Below, piece by piece: positions 18,851 to 28,742 of a stretch of 64,000 bases of DNA. The notes under the pieces are model-generated. The model was given only the letters and a program-made list of their open reading frames with translations, was not told the DNA's origin and did not search any database. The stretch is taken from assembly GCA_018714105.1 (NCBI GenBank), contig DVNW01000003.1, positions 18,265 to 82,264 on the forward strand. Reading direction: 5' to 3'. The DNA comes from Candidatus Faecicola pullistercoris. Its GTDB lineage: Bacteria > Bacillota > Clostridia > Christensenellales > CAG-917. The first letter of the stretch is position 1, and each line of letters begins with the position of its first letter. Position numbers and translations under genes: made by a program.

Positions 18851-20881
18851 TCAGAACTCGTCCGAAGGATTGTCGTCGCAATCCTTTTCGGCAGGAGTTT
18901 CGTCCGCAGTATCGGGAGCGGCAGCGTCGGAAGCAGGGGCAGACTCGGAATCGGCGGGTTTTGCTTCGGGAATTATCAGATTGCTCGCGGCAACCTTGGC
19001 CTTTTTGCTTTCCTCCTCCATTACGGCGATTATTTCGTCGGCGGACTTGCCGTCGAACAGCATGTCGACTTCCTCGCTAAAGATAGTGCTTTTCTTATAG
19101 AGAAGTTTTACCATGTCGTCAAGTATGCGGCGGTTTGCCGTAAGAATTTCGGTGGCCTTTTTATAGCAGGCGTCCAGAATGGATTTGACCTGTTCGTCTA
19201 CCTTGCCGGCCATTTCTTCGCTGAAACTGTGGGAAACTCCGAAATCCCTGCCCAGGAAAACTTCCTGTTCCGCGCCGAGATATATCGTGCCGAGAGGACT
19301 CATACCCCATTCGGTAACCATTTTTCTGGCAATGCCCGAAGCGCGCTGAATATCGTTGGAAGCGCCCGTAGAAATATCCTTAATGACGAGTTCTTCCGCC
19401 ACTCTGCCGCCAAGCATCATGGTTATGGTATCAAGAAGTTTGTTCTGCGTTACGTGCGAGTCGTCGCTGTCGGGACGGGTAATGGTATAGCCCGCCGCCA
19501 TGCCGCGAGGAATAATACTGACTTCGTGCACGTCGTCGCAATGCTTTAACATTTTTGCGACAATGGCGTGGCCGCTTTCGTGATAAGCGGTGATGCGTTT
19601 GTCGGTTTCGGTAACCAGACGGCTTTTTTTCTGGGGGCCGGCAATAACCTTGTTTATGGCCTCGTTTATTTCCTTCATGCCTATTGAAACCTTGTTTTCG
19701 CGCGCCGAGAGTATTGCCGCTTCGTTAAGCAGATTTTCGATATCCGCGCCTGTAAAGCCCGAAGTAAGGCGGGCAAGGGTTTTGAAGTCGATATCGTTTT
19801 CGAGATGCTTGTTTCTGGAATGAATTTTGAAAATGGCCTCTCTGCCTCTTACGTCGGGGACGTTTACGTATATCTGACGGTCGAACCTGCCCGGACGGAG
19901 CAGGGCGGGGTCGAGAATGTCCGCACGGTTGGTGGCGGCCATAATTATTATGCCTTCGTTTACCTCGAAGCCGTCCATCTGAACGAGCAGCTGGTTAAGC
20001 GTCTGTTCTCTTTCGTCGTGGCCGCCGCCCATGCCGGCGCCTCTCTTACGGCCGACGGCGTCGATTTCGTCTATGAATATAATGCAGGGCATATTGCGTT
20101 TGGCCTGGTCGAACAGGTCTCTTACCCTGGACGCGCCCACGCCTACGAACATCTCCACGAAGTCCGAACCGCTTATACTGAAAAAGGGAACGTTGGCTTC
20201 GCCCGCGACGGCTTTGGCAAACAGCGTTTTGCCCGTACCGGGAGAGCCTACGAGAAGCACGCCTTTGGGTATTCTGGCGCCCGCGTCGGTAAACCTTTTG
20301 GGGTTTTTAAGAAAGTCGACTATCTCGCGAAGTTCTTCTTTTTCCTCTTCCGCGCCCGCCACGTCGGTGAAGCGCACCTTTACGTTCTGATTAACGCGGG
20401 CTTTGGTCTTGCCGAAATTCAGAGCGGAAGAATTCGCGCCCTGGGTCTGCTTGTAAATAAAATAGAACAGCACGAACAAAAGCACCATGCCGATAAGCGG
20501 AATGCCTATCGAGAACAGCATCGCGTTTTTACTGGGGTTATCGTAAGTAACCGTGGGAACGGTTTGCCCTTCGGGCAGGTCCTCGATTACCTTATACAGC
20601 TGTTCCACGTTTCTGTCGGGAACGTAAACGGTATAGTCGGAGCGCTTCGGAAAAGCGTTGTCCGTGATTTTGCTGTCGACCTTGCGCGCTTTTACCACGT
20701 AATCGCCCGAAATATAGATATCCGAAATTTCTCCTTTCCGGATTTTATCGAGAAGGCCGCCCTCGCCGCCGTAGCTTATTGTTTCGCCCTCGCCGCCGGG
20801 CAGAAGGAATATCAGAAGCAACAATACGGCCACCATGATACCGAAAGTGAACAGCCCTCTGTATTTGTAAGATTTTTTCAC
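18851..20881 (-). CDS. ftsH: ATP-dependent zinc metalloprotease FtsH
   Basis: Two TMs, [29 protein letters not shown] zinc motif. Confidence 0.97.
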   Translation of the reverse strand: MKKSYKYRGLFTFGIMVAVLLLLIFLLPGGEGETISYGGEGGLLDKIRKGEISDIYISGDYVVKARKVDSKITDNAFPKRSDYTVYVPDRNVEQLYKVIEDLPEGQTVPTVTYDNPSKNAMLFSIGIPLIGMVLLFVLFYFIYKQTQGANSSALNFGKTKARVNQNVKVRFTDVAGAEEEKEELREIVDFLKNPKRFTDAGARIPKGVLLVGSPGTGKTLFAKAVAGEANVPFFSISGSDFVEMFVGVGASRVRDLFDQAKRNMPCIIFIDEIDAVGRKRGAGMGGGHDEREQTLNQLLVQMDGFEVNEGIIIMAATNRADILDPALLRPGRFDRQIYVNVPDVRGREAIFKIHSRNKHLENDIDFKTLARLTSGFTGADIENLLNEAAILSARENKVSIGMKEINEAINKVIAGPQKKSRLVTETDKRITAYHESGHAIVAKMLKHCDDVHEVSIIPRGMAAGYTITRPDSDDSHVTQNKLLDTITMMLGGRVAEELVIKDISTGASNDIQRASGIARKMVTEWGMSPLGTIYLGAEQEVFLGRDFGVSHSFSEEMAGKVDEQVKSILDACYKKATEILTANRRILDDMVKLLYKKSTIFSEEVDMLFDGKSADEIIAVMEEESKKAKVAASNLIIPEAKPADSESAPASDAAAPDTADETPAEKDCDDNPSDEF

Positions 20882-21092
20882 TTAATAAAGCCTCCACAGC
20901 ATAATAAATAAAACTATAACAAAATGGTTAAAAATACATTAAAGCATAAGGGAATATACTTTTTCCGGAATTATTATAGTTATATTATATTATACCATAA
21001 ATACAGAAAAAATCAATAAGAATACGCAACACTTGAAATTTTGCGAAAAAGCCGATTGCACGGCATTGCGCTCAAGCTGTTTCGAAAGCAAG

Positions 21093-21542
21093 TCAGGCAA
21101 GGGCAGAGCTTATCATAAACGCTATTTTATCGCCTAATTTCATTATATTATCGTGCGGTACGGTTAACAGGGTGGTCAAAGAGTTTGCGCCGAAACGGTC
21201 GACGACGCCCAGTATGCCTACGTCGCCCACGGGGCAGGTTTTGCCGGTAACGGCCTTTTTGGGGTTGACTCCCGAGGCGGTTATCCTGATCTTGCCGACG
21301 GCGTCCTCTCTGCCGAGCGCGGCGTCCACCGCTATCAGAGTGCTGTCGGGATGCACTTTTTTTATAAAATCGATGTATGCTTTGTAATTTCGGCCGTTTA
21401 CGCTGCGTTCCGTAGTGCCGTATACGTAATGGCGCACGTTGTATTTTCGGGTGAGCAGATCGCCCACCACGGGGCCCAGGCTGTCGCCCGCTATTTTCTC
21501 GCTGCCTATGCACAAAATAACCGCCGGTTTCTGGTTAATCAA
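21093..21542 (-). CDS. yyaC: Spore protease YyaC-family protein (DUF1256)
   Basis: ILCIGS...GDSLGPVVG, VYGT, IAVDAALG, VGDVGILGVV; GGAGG RBS. Confidence 0.85.
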   Translation of the reverse strand: MINQKPAVILCIGSEKIAGDSLGPVVGDLLTRKYNVRHYVYGTTERSVNGRNYKAYIDFIKKVHPDSTLIAVDAALGREDAVGKIRITASGVNPKKAVTGKTCPVGDVGILGVVDRFGANSLTTLLTVPHDNIMKLGDKIAFMISSALA

Positions 21543-21568
21543 CGCTGTTTCCTCCTGTCGCTTTTAAT

Positions 21569-21598
21569 TTTTATTGACAACGAAAGGAATTTTTATAC
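21569..21598 (-). promoter_or_regulatory. Possible sigmaF-type promoter of yyaC
   Basis: GTATA-N15-GTCAATAAAA on the minus strand vs consensus GYWTA-N15-GGnnAnAnTW; yyaC is sigmaF-dependent in B. subtilis. Confidence 0.35.
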
Positions 21599-21711
21599 GT
21601 TATTTGGTTGCAAAAAAGGGTAAATAACATTATAATTATTGTGTATATTATCCGGAAAAAGCGGATATAACTTATTCTACGGGCAAATTCTTGCACCGAG
21701 GAGGAAATACC

Positions 21712-22476
21712 TTGTTCGTATTGGGTGGTTTTGCAATCGGATACGTTGACGTCGCTATAATCTGCGTCGCGGTTATTGCTCTTATCGTGGGCGCGATAGG
21801 CGGTTTCCGCAATGCGCTGGAAAAGGGCTTTTTCGGCAGGATTATAGTTTTAAGTCTTTCGCTTATAGTTGCAATCGGGCTTGTTCACGGGATAGGCAAT
21901 CTTTCCACGCCCGTTAAAAAACTGGGATTTTATACCGACACTCAACAGAAAATCGCGTCGTCCATTTCTTCCGGCAGCGAGCTTATGAACAGCGAGGTGT
22001 ACTATTTCGAGGGCGTCCTGTACGTTACGGTGGACGGGAAAGAAGTTTCGCTAAGCGAGGCGCTTTCTTCCTTCGATAACCAGACTCTCAACGCCGCGCT
22101 TTCCAAACTCATTTCGCCCGAACTGGTAAACAGTTTCGAAGAGCCCACTCTTGCGAATATTTTTGCGGGCATGGCCACCGAGGCGATATTCATAGCGGGC
22201 GCGTTTATCGTGCTTGCCGTTGTTTTCACGCTGTTGTCGTTTATGCTGTGCAAACTTATCAGAAAATCGTCCGAGTCCAACGACGGCGTTGTCGTGTTCG
22301 ACAGGATTCTTGGCGCGGCCGCTCAGCTCGTGCTTGCCGCCGCAATCGTGGGAGGATTGCTGTTTGCGGTGTTCGTATTCCGCGAAAACGCGCAGATGGC
22401 ACCCGTTATGGAATACGTCAACTATTCGGTAATAGCCGGCAAACTGTTCGAGCTTTTCGGTCAGTTCGGTATCTGA
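21712..22476 (+). CDS. CvpA-like membrane protein
   Basis: N-terminal D...I...G..GF pattern, VFDRILGA motif, four TMs; TTG start after GGAGG. Confidence 0.6.
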   Translation: MFVLGGFAIGYVDVAIICVAVIALIVGAIGGFRNALEKGFFGRIIVLSLSLIVAIGLVHGIGNLSTPVKKLGFYTDTQQKIASSISSGSELMNSEVYYFEGVLYVTVDGKEVSLSEALSSFDNQTLNAALSKLISPELVNSFEEPTLANIFAGMATEAIFIAGAFIVLAVVFTLLSFMLCKLIRKSSESNDGVVVFDRILGAAAQLVLAAAIVGGLLFAVFVFRENAQMAPVMEYVNYSVIAGKLFELFGQFGI

Positions 22477-22696
22477 ACAGTATATAAAGTCTGTTTGAAA
22501 AGAGACAAAGTTTGTCTCTTTTATTTTTTATGCCATTATTTTACAGCGCTCCCTTCTTTTCGGGCACGCGGAGGCGGAGGCTAGGGTCCGCGATAAAGAT
22601 TTTACTTGCAAAAGGCCCGCTTTTAGTGTATTATTAAACAGTAAATAGTTTTAACAGGCGTATGCGCTCTCCGCGGGCGCGCGTCGGGAGGTTTTT

Positions 22697-25600
22697 ATGA
22701 AAGGATTCGGCGGAAGACTTCTGACTTTTGTTTTCGGTATGATTACCGGCATAATCGTTTTCGTGCTGGGGTTGGGCGGCGCGCTGTACGGCATAGTGAC
22801 CAGCGTGAAGGTCAGCCAGATCGAAGAAAAAACGGGTACCGATTATACCGCAGGCACGCCCGTTGCCGACATGTCGCTGCTGCAACTGTTCAACAAGCTG
22901 AAAGAAACCGTTGCCGACAAGGACAATATTACGCTTGCTTCCATTGAAGAGGTTTACGGCATCGACCTTGTAGCCAAAATAGAAAGCGCGCTCGAAATTC
23001 AGGCCGAAAACAAAACGGTGCTCGTTAAGGCCGACGAACTTGCCGCGTACGACGTCGAACAGTCTTTGGGCAGGCTCAACAGATACGTATTCAACGACGA
23101 GACCAAAGCCATAGAACTTCAGACGTATACCGACGCCGAAGGCAACGTCAAGGCACAGCAGCTTCCCGTAGTGAAGGCGGCCTTCGTGGACGGCAAAAAT
23201 ACCGCGGGCGGCAATTACAGCGTTTATTTTAACGGAACGCAGAACGTGATTCAGTTCAAACTCACCGACACGTTCGAGGACAAGACCGCAAGATATACGG
23301 TCAGCGCCGCGGGCGAACTTACCGAAAGCGCGAGCGGAGCCTACATAAAACTTCACGACGGAATGAAGGATTTGCTTAAAGATACCAAGCTGATGTCGGT
23401 ATCGGCAAATCTCAATCTCGTAATAAACATGCTCACGCTGGATTCGATTTCGGCAAACTTCAATCTCGCTCTTCCCGACATGAGTCTTATTCAGGACTAC
23501 GAAAACCTGCCCGTAATGCAGGGTATACAGGCCATTATCGAGGAAATCAACGGCGCGTCCGATAAAACTTTCGGCGAAATAGAGGAGCTGCTGGGGCTCT
23601 CGCTCGGCGAGGGCGGAGTAGCCGATTTCATAAGCAGTTACAAAATCAGCGAAATTAACAAGGCCGTCGAGGAAATGACCGTCGGCGACCTCAAAGACGA
23701 TATAGACCGCGACATTTACGTCAGAGTAAGCGACTTTTCGGCGTATAACGAAGGCGAAGGGCTGCCCGCATACGTAAACAAATTCGATCTTACGGGCGCC
23801 CGGCCCGCACTTACCGCAAAAGGTTCGGTTAAAAACGGCGAGAACTATGTCATAGCTACCGACGGCGAGAATCTTACCATAAGCGAAATAGTGGACGGCA
23901 CGCCTCAGGAAAGAACGGAAAAATTCGTCGTTATAACCAATACCGACGGCAAAAACGAGATAGTAGCCTATGACGAAACGGCTCACGCGGGCCTCGAAGT
24001 GTACGTAAGAGTACACGAGGGAAGCGGTATTTTAAGCGTCCTTGCAGGCACTAATCTAAACTCTTTCGACAGCACGGTAGGGACCATTAAACTGGGCGAC
24101 GTCATGGATATTTACGAAAGCGATACATACGTTCAGTCCGATTCGGGCGAATACGCTCTGGTAGACGGCGCTTTCGTGCCCTACGAAGAGAGTATGGGCG
24201 ATACCTATATCCGTTACACCCTTAAAGAAAAGAGCCAGAAAATACTTATCGAACTTCGCAACACCACTCTCGATAACCTTTCTTCAAAAATGAAGGAACT
24301 TACCATAAGCTCCATGCTTGACGGTTTCGACAGGGATATTTACGCACTGTATACCGACATCACCGCTGCCGCCGAGGGAGACCTTATCGACGGCTACATC
24401 AGCAGGGTGGAAAACGGCAGCCTTGCCGCGGCCGACGATCAGATCCGCGTAACTGCTGAAATGAAGTCGGGCGAAAGATATACGCTTAAAGATTTCGGCG
24501 GCACGCTCAAAATAGTTTACGACGCAGAGGGCGAATACGTGAAGGTTCACGAGGGAACCAGCACCGCCGCTCTTAAAGCGCTTGCCGACGCAAGCCTCGA
24601 CAACATGAATTCGGTAATAGAAAACCTTATTCTCGGCGAGGTTATGGAAATCGAAAGAGCGGACGTATTCGAAGTATGCGCGGACGACGCCTGCGCTCAC
24701 TCCAAACATTACAAATACCTGGACGGCATAGGCTACGTCAAGGCCGAGGCCGGATATGCGGGAACCAAATATTATAAGGCGGTTGAAAAGAGCAGCGAGC
24801 TTATGATAAGGCTTGCCGACACCAAGGTTACCGAAATAGGCGCGGAGGCGCAGGCGATTATGGACGAACTCAAACTTTCGGACGTAATAGAAATCGACGC
24901 CGACAGATACCGCGACATTACGGCCGAGGAATACGCCGCGCTTGCTTCTGCGGACGTCGAATCGCTTAAATCCTACGCCGTAATCACATCGACCGACGCC
25001 GACGTGCCGGGGCTCATTCCCGGAATGGCGTATTCCATCCTGAGGCGCGAAGGCAAATACGTTATCAACGGCGCGGAATACGACGCTCTTCCCGCGCAGG
25101 AATTTATAAAATACCGCATTTACGAGGGGCTTGACAACGTGCTCATGAAAAAGCTGAGCGGCATAACCGTAAACTACGTGGCCGCGGCGATGAAGGACGT
25201 CGTCAAGGACGTACGCCTTTGCGAAGTAATTACGATAGACGTCGACGAGTTCGATGCCGTTACCGACACGGCGGCCATAGCCGAGGCTTTTGCCGAGGGT
25301 AACCTGTTCAAAAAGGCGGATAACGGCTACTGGTACGTAATAGTCACCGACGCCCCGCTGCCCGGCGATACCGAAGGATATTATGTAAGAACCTACGAAG
25401 GTTCCGACAACGCAATAATTAAAAAACTTGCCAACGTCTGCATCGGCGAAGTCAGCCGTTATATGCAGGACGCGGTAAACGATACCACTTTCGGAGAGCT
25501 TAATATAGGCGGCAGCGACGAAAAGGGCATCTTCCAGCAGCCCGCCATCAAAAACGCCAAAATCAGCGAGATAGACGACGCCATCAAATCCACCCTCGAA

Positions 25601-25780
25601 CAGGCCACTCTCGTACAGATTAACGATTGGGCAAACCTGGGGATCGAGGAAGGCAACCTGCTTCTTACCGTGCTCGGAAACATGACTATCAAGGATTTCT
25701 TCACCGCGGTCAAGAACAATATAAGCCTGGACGGAAGCGGAAACGTGGTTATTTCCTTTCCGTCGCCCGTAGCGCCGTGA
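22697..25780 (+). CDS. Large acidic membrane-anchored repeat protein, function unknown
   Basis: 1027-aa ORF, GGAGG RBS, N-terminal hydrophobic anchor, recurring helical motifs. Confidence 0.8.
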   Translation: MKGFGGRLLTFVFGMITGIIVFVLGLGGALYGIVTSVKVSQIEEKTGTDYTAGTPVADMSLLQLFNKLKETVADKDNITLASIEEVYGIDLVAKIESALEIQAENKTVLVKADELAAYDVEQSLGRLNRYVFNDETKAIELQTYTDAEGNVKAQQLPVVKAAFVDGKNTAGGNYSVYFNGTQNVIQFKLTDTFEDKTARYTVSAAGELTESASGAYIKLHDGMKDLLKDTKLMSVSANLNLVINMLTLDSISANFNLALPDMSLIQDYENLPVMQGIQAIIEEINGASDKTFGEIEELLGLSLGEGGVADFISSYKISEINKAVEEMTVGDLKDDIDRDIYVRVSDFSAYNEGEGLPAYVNKFDLTGARPALTAKGSVKNGENYVIATDGENLTISEIVDGTPQERTEKFVVITNTDGKNEIVAYDETAHAGLEVYVRVHEGSGILSVLAGTNLNSFDSTVGTIKLGDVMDIYESDTYVQSDSGEYALVDGAFVPYEESMGDTYIRYTLKEKSQKILIELRNTTLDNLSSKMKELTISSMLDGFDRDIYALYTDITAAAEGDLIDGYISRVENGSLAAADDQIRVTAEMKSGERYTLKDFGGTLKIVYDAEGEYVKVHEGTSTAALKALADASLDNMNSVIENLILGEVMEIERADVFEVCADDACAHSKHYKYLDGIGYVKAEAGYAGTKYYKAVEKSSELMIRLADTKVTEIGAEAQAIMDELKLSDVIEIDADRYRDITAEEYAALASADVESLKSYAVITSTDADVPGLIPGMAYSILRREGKYVINGAEYDALPAQEFIKYRIYEGLDNVLMKKLSGITVNYVAAAMKDVVKDVRLCEVITIDVDEFDAVTDTAAIAEAFAEGNLFKKADNGYWYVIVTDAPLPGDTEGYYVRTYEGSDNAIIKKLANVCIGEVSRYMQDAVNDTTFGELNIGGSDEKGIFQQPAIKNAKISEIDDAIKSTLEQATLVQINDWANLGIEEGNLLLTVLGNMTIKDFFTAVKNNISLDGSGNVVISFPSPVAP

Positions 25781-26355
25781 CGGAAATTATAATCCGGCCG
25801 TATCAAAGCCGCGACAGAGAGGCCGTGAGGCGGGTATGCCTTGCGACCTCGGACTACGGCCCGAAAAACACGGAAGTACTGTATACCCTGTATTGCGATT
25901 ATTATATCGAGCAGGAACCCGAAAACGTCTTCGTGGCAGACGCGGGCGGCGAGGCTGCAGGATACGTCCTTTGCGCCGAAGACGAGAAAAAATATCTGCA
26001 AAACTATAAAAAACACTATTTTAAAAGGCTAAAAAAGGCAAGTAAACTTATGTTTTTGTCAAAACTGCTGGAAAACGCATATAACCGCAGATTTGCAAAG
26101 GCATATCCGGCGCATCTGCATATCGACATCGAACCGCCCTATCAGCGGCAGGGCGTCGGACACAGGCTTATGGACGCGCTTATTTCCGAACTCGGACGAA
26201 AAGGCATTAAGGGCGTAAGGCTGACCGTTGCGGCCGACAATAAAAAAGGCGTCAACTTTTACCTGAAATACGGCTTTGAAAAACTGGCTTCGCCGGGCGG
26301 CAGGGCGTACGTGATGGGTTATAAAATAAAGGCGAATACCGTTGACAAAAATTAA
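25777..26355 (+). CDS. GNAT-family N-acetyltransferase
   Basis: IRPYQ..D start, YPAHLHIDI, YQRQGVG acetyl-CoA motif, FYLKYGF; probable GTG start overlapping the upstream stop. Confidence 0.85.
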   Translation: MTEIIIRPYQSRDREAVRRVCLATSDYGPKNTEVLYTLYCDYYIEQEPENVFVADAGGEAAGYVLCAEDEKKYLQNYKKHYFKRLKKASKLMFLSKLLENAYNRRFAKAYPAHLHIDIEPPYQRQGVGHRLMDALISELGRKGIKGVRLTVAADNKKGVNFYLKYGFEKLASPGGRAYVMGYKIKANTVDKN

Positions 26356-26383
26356 TCGGTACGTATATAATATATTAAACCGA

Positions 26384-26592
26384 ATAAGGCGTTGAGAAAC
26401 AAGAGTATTTTTCCACGGTCGCCAAGAGAGCAGCGGTCGTCGGCTGAAAGCCGCTGTGCGAACGGAAAAAGAAAGTGCGGTTTCGAGCCTTTGCGGAGGA
26501 AATGCCGCAACGGGCGCTCCCGATACAGGGCAAGCTACTGACAGGTGGATAACGATTTTTAAAGGTCGTCCTTTCGGGCGGCCTTATTTTTA
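26384..26592 (+). ncRNA. T-box leader (Cys specifier) upstream of cysE-cysS
   Basis: Follows TTGACA-N18-TATAAT; AGAGA and GCTGA stem I motifs, TGC codon at 26476-26478, T-box-like AGGTGGATAACG, terminator AAGGTCGTCC-tttc-GGGCGGCCTT followed by a T-run. Confidence 0.8.
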
Positions 26593-26616
26593 TCCCGAAA
26601 GGGGAAGGAGAAAGCC

Positions 26617-27333
26617 ATGTTTTCAAGCATAAAAGCCGATCTTGCCGCCGTGCTCGAAAAAGATCCCGCGGCAACGGGCAAATTTACCGTAATGCTTACT
26701 TATCCCGGGTTTAAGGCTCTTTTTAACCACAGGATAGCGCACTGGCTGTACAACAGAAAATTCAAACTGCTAGCAAGGCTTATAGCCAGGCGTTCAAGGC
26801 GCGTTACGGGTATAGAAATCCATCCCGCCGCCAAAATAGGAAAGGGCGTGTTTATCGACCACGGCGCGGGCGTGGTTATAGGCGAAACGGCCGAAGTGGG
26901 TAACAACGTGGTCTTGTATCAGGGCGTTACGCTGGGCGGCACGGGCAAGCATACAGGAAAGAGGCACCCCACTATCGAGGACGACGTTATGATATCGGCA
27001 GGCGCAAAAGTTCTGGGCCCCTTTACCGTGGGCAAGGGCAGCAAAATAGGCGCCGGCAGCGTTGTGCTCAAACCCGTACCTCCTTACAGTACCGTGGTGG
27101 GCGTGCCGGGCAGAATTGTGAAACAGAACGGAAAGCGCATTGCCGATATGGATCAGGTTCTGCTTCCCGACCCGATAATGGAGGAGTTCCGCAGACTCAA
27201 TCACCGCATCAGCGAACTGGAAGAAAAGCTCGGCGTAGCTTCGTGCAGATATTCCATTTCGGAGGACGTGGACAACCGCCCCGTGGGCGAAGAAGAACTC
27301 AAAAAACTCGAAGAACTCGAAGAGGAGAAATAA
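26617..27333 (+). CDS. cysE: Serine O-acetyltransferase
   Basis: DPAA, TGIEIHPAAKIG, FIDHG, GVTLGGTGK...RHPT hexapeptide repeats. Confidence 0.95.
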   Translation: MFSSIKADLAAVLEKDPAATGKFTVMLTYPGFKALFNHRIAHWLYNRKFKLLARLIARRSRRVTGIEIHPAAKIGKGVFIDHGAGVVIGETAEVGNNVVLYQGVTLGGTGKHTGKRHPTIEDDVMISAGAKVLGPFTVGKGSKIGAGSVVLKPVPPYSTVVGVPGRIVKQNGKRIADMDQVLLPDPIMEEFRRLNHRISELEEKLGVASCRYSISEDVDNRPVGEEELKKLEELEEEK

Positions 27334-27334
27334 T

Positions 27335-28732
27335 ATGCTTAAACTTTACAATACCTTAACCAGAAAGAAGGAAGAGTTCGTACCTCTGGATTCCAAAAAG
27401 GTAACGATGTATTCCTGCGGGCCCACGGTTTACGGCTACGCTCATATAGGAAACATGCGCACCTATATTTTTATGGATCTGATAAGGCGCGTGCTGAGGT
27501 ATGACGGATACAAGATAAAAGGCGTTATGAACATTACCGACGTAGGGCACCTGATGGCCGACAGCGACGACGGCGAGGATAAAATGGAAAAGGCCGCAAA
27601 GGAACAGCAGAAGAGCCCTTACGAAATCGCCGAACACTATACAAAGGCCTTTTTCGAGGACCTTGAAAGGCTCAATATCGGCCGTCCCGAGATAATAGCA
27701 AAGGCTACCGAGCACATTCCCGAAATGATAGACTTCGTCAAGGAGCTTCAGAACAAGGGCTACGGATACGAAACGTCGGACGGAATATATTACGATATAG
27801 CAAAATTCCCCGGGTACGGAAAGCTGTCGGGCGCAAAGCTGGACGAGCAGAAGGCGGGCGCAAGAGTGGAGGTCAACCCCGAAAAGCACAACGCCGCCGA
27901 CTTCGCTATATGGAAAAAGGCCGAAAAGGGCCATATAATGCAATGGCCCAGCCCGTGGGGAATGGGCTATCCGGGCTGGCACATAGAGTGTTCGGCCATG
28001 AGCATAAAATATCTGGGCAAGAAATTCGACATACACTCCGGCGGCGTAGATCATATTCCCATTCATCACGAAAACGAAATCGCGCAGAACGAGGCCTATA
28101 CGGGCGAAAAAAGCGTCAATTACTGGCTGCACGGCGAGTTTATGCTGGTGGACAACGGAAAGATGAGCAAAAGCCTGGGAAACACCTATACAATCAGTCA
28201 GCTGCAGGAAAAAGGATATGACCCCATGGTATTCAGGTTCTTCTGCGAAAACGCGCATTACCGCAAAAAACTTAATTTCACATTCGAAGGAATGGACGGC
28301 GCGAAAAAGTCGTACGAAAGGCTTCTGAGCACGCTGTATATGCATAAAAAGTCTTCGGCGGCGGCGCCTGCGGAAGTAATCGAAAAATACAAAACGGAGT
28401 TTAACAATGCAATAAACGACGATTTAAATATCCCTTTGGCGCTCGGAGTGCTGTTTACCATGCTTAAAGAGCCCAAAAGCTGCGACATATACAAAACGGC
28501 GCTCGAATTCGACAAGGTTCTGGGGTTGCGTCTCGACAAGGCAAGACCCGCGGAAGAGACGGCCGCTGTCGACGTACCCGAGGACGTGATGAAAATAGCG
28601 CAGCAGAGGGCCGAGGCCAAAAAGAACAGGGATTACGCCCTGGCCGACGCACTGAGAGCCGCGGCTGAAGAAAAAGGATACAGAATTATAGATAAGCCCG
28701 ACGGTTACGTCGTAGTCGCGGCAAACGAGTAG
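27335..28732 (+). CDS. cysS: Cysteine--tRNA ligase
   Basis: CGPTVY, HIGN, PGWHIEC, HHENE, KMSKS. Confidence 0.97.
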   Translation: MLKLYNTLTRKKEEFVPLDSKKVTMYSCGPTVYGYAHIGNMRTYIFMDLIRRVLRYDGYKIKGVMNITDVGHLMADSDDGEDKMEKAAKEQQKSPYEIAEHYTKAFFEDLERLNIGRPEIIAKATEHIPEMIDFVKELQNKGYGYETSDGIYYDIAKFPGYGKLSGAKLDEQKAGARVEVNPEKHNAADFAIWKKAEKGHIMQWPSPWGMGYPGWHIECSAMSIKYLGKKFDIHSGGVDHIPIHHENEIAQNEAYTGEKSVNYWLHGEFMLVDNGKMSKSLGNTYTISQLQEKGYDPMVFRFFCENAHYRKKLNFTFEGMDGAKKSYERLLSTLYMHKKSSAAAPAEVIEKYKTEFNNAINDDLNIPLALGVLFTMLKEPKSCDIYKTALEFDKVLGLRLDKARPAEETAAVDVPEDVMKIAQQRAEAKKNRDYALADALRAAAEEKGYRIIDKPDGYVVVAANE

Positions 28733-28742
28733 AGGAATAACC

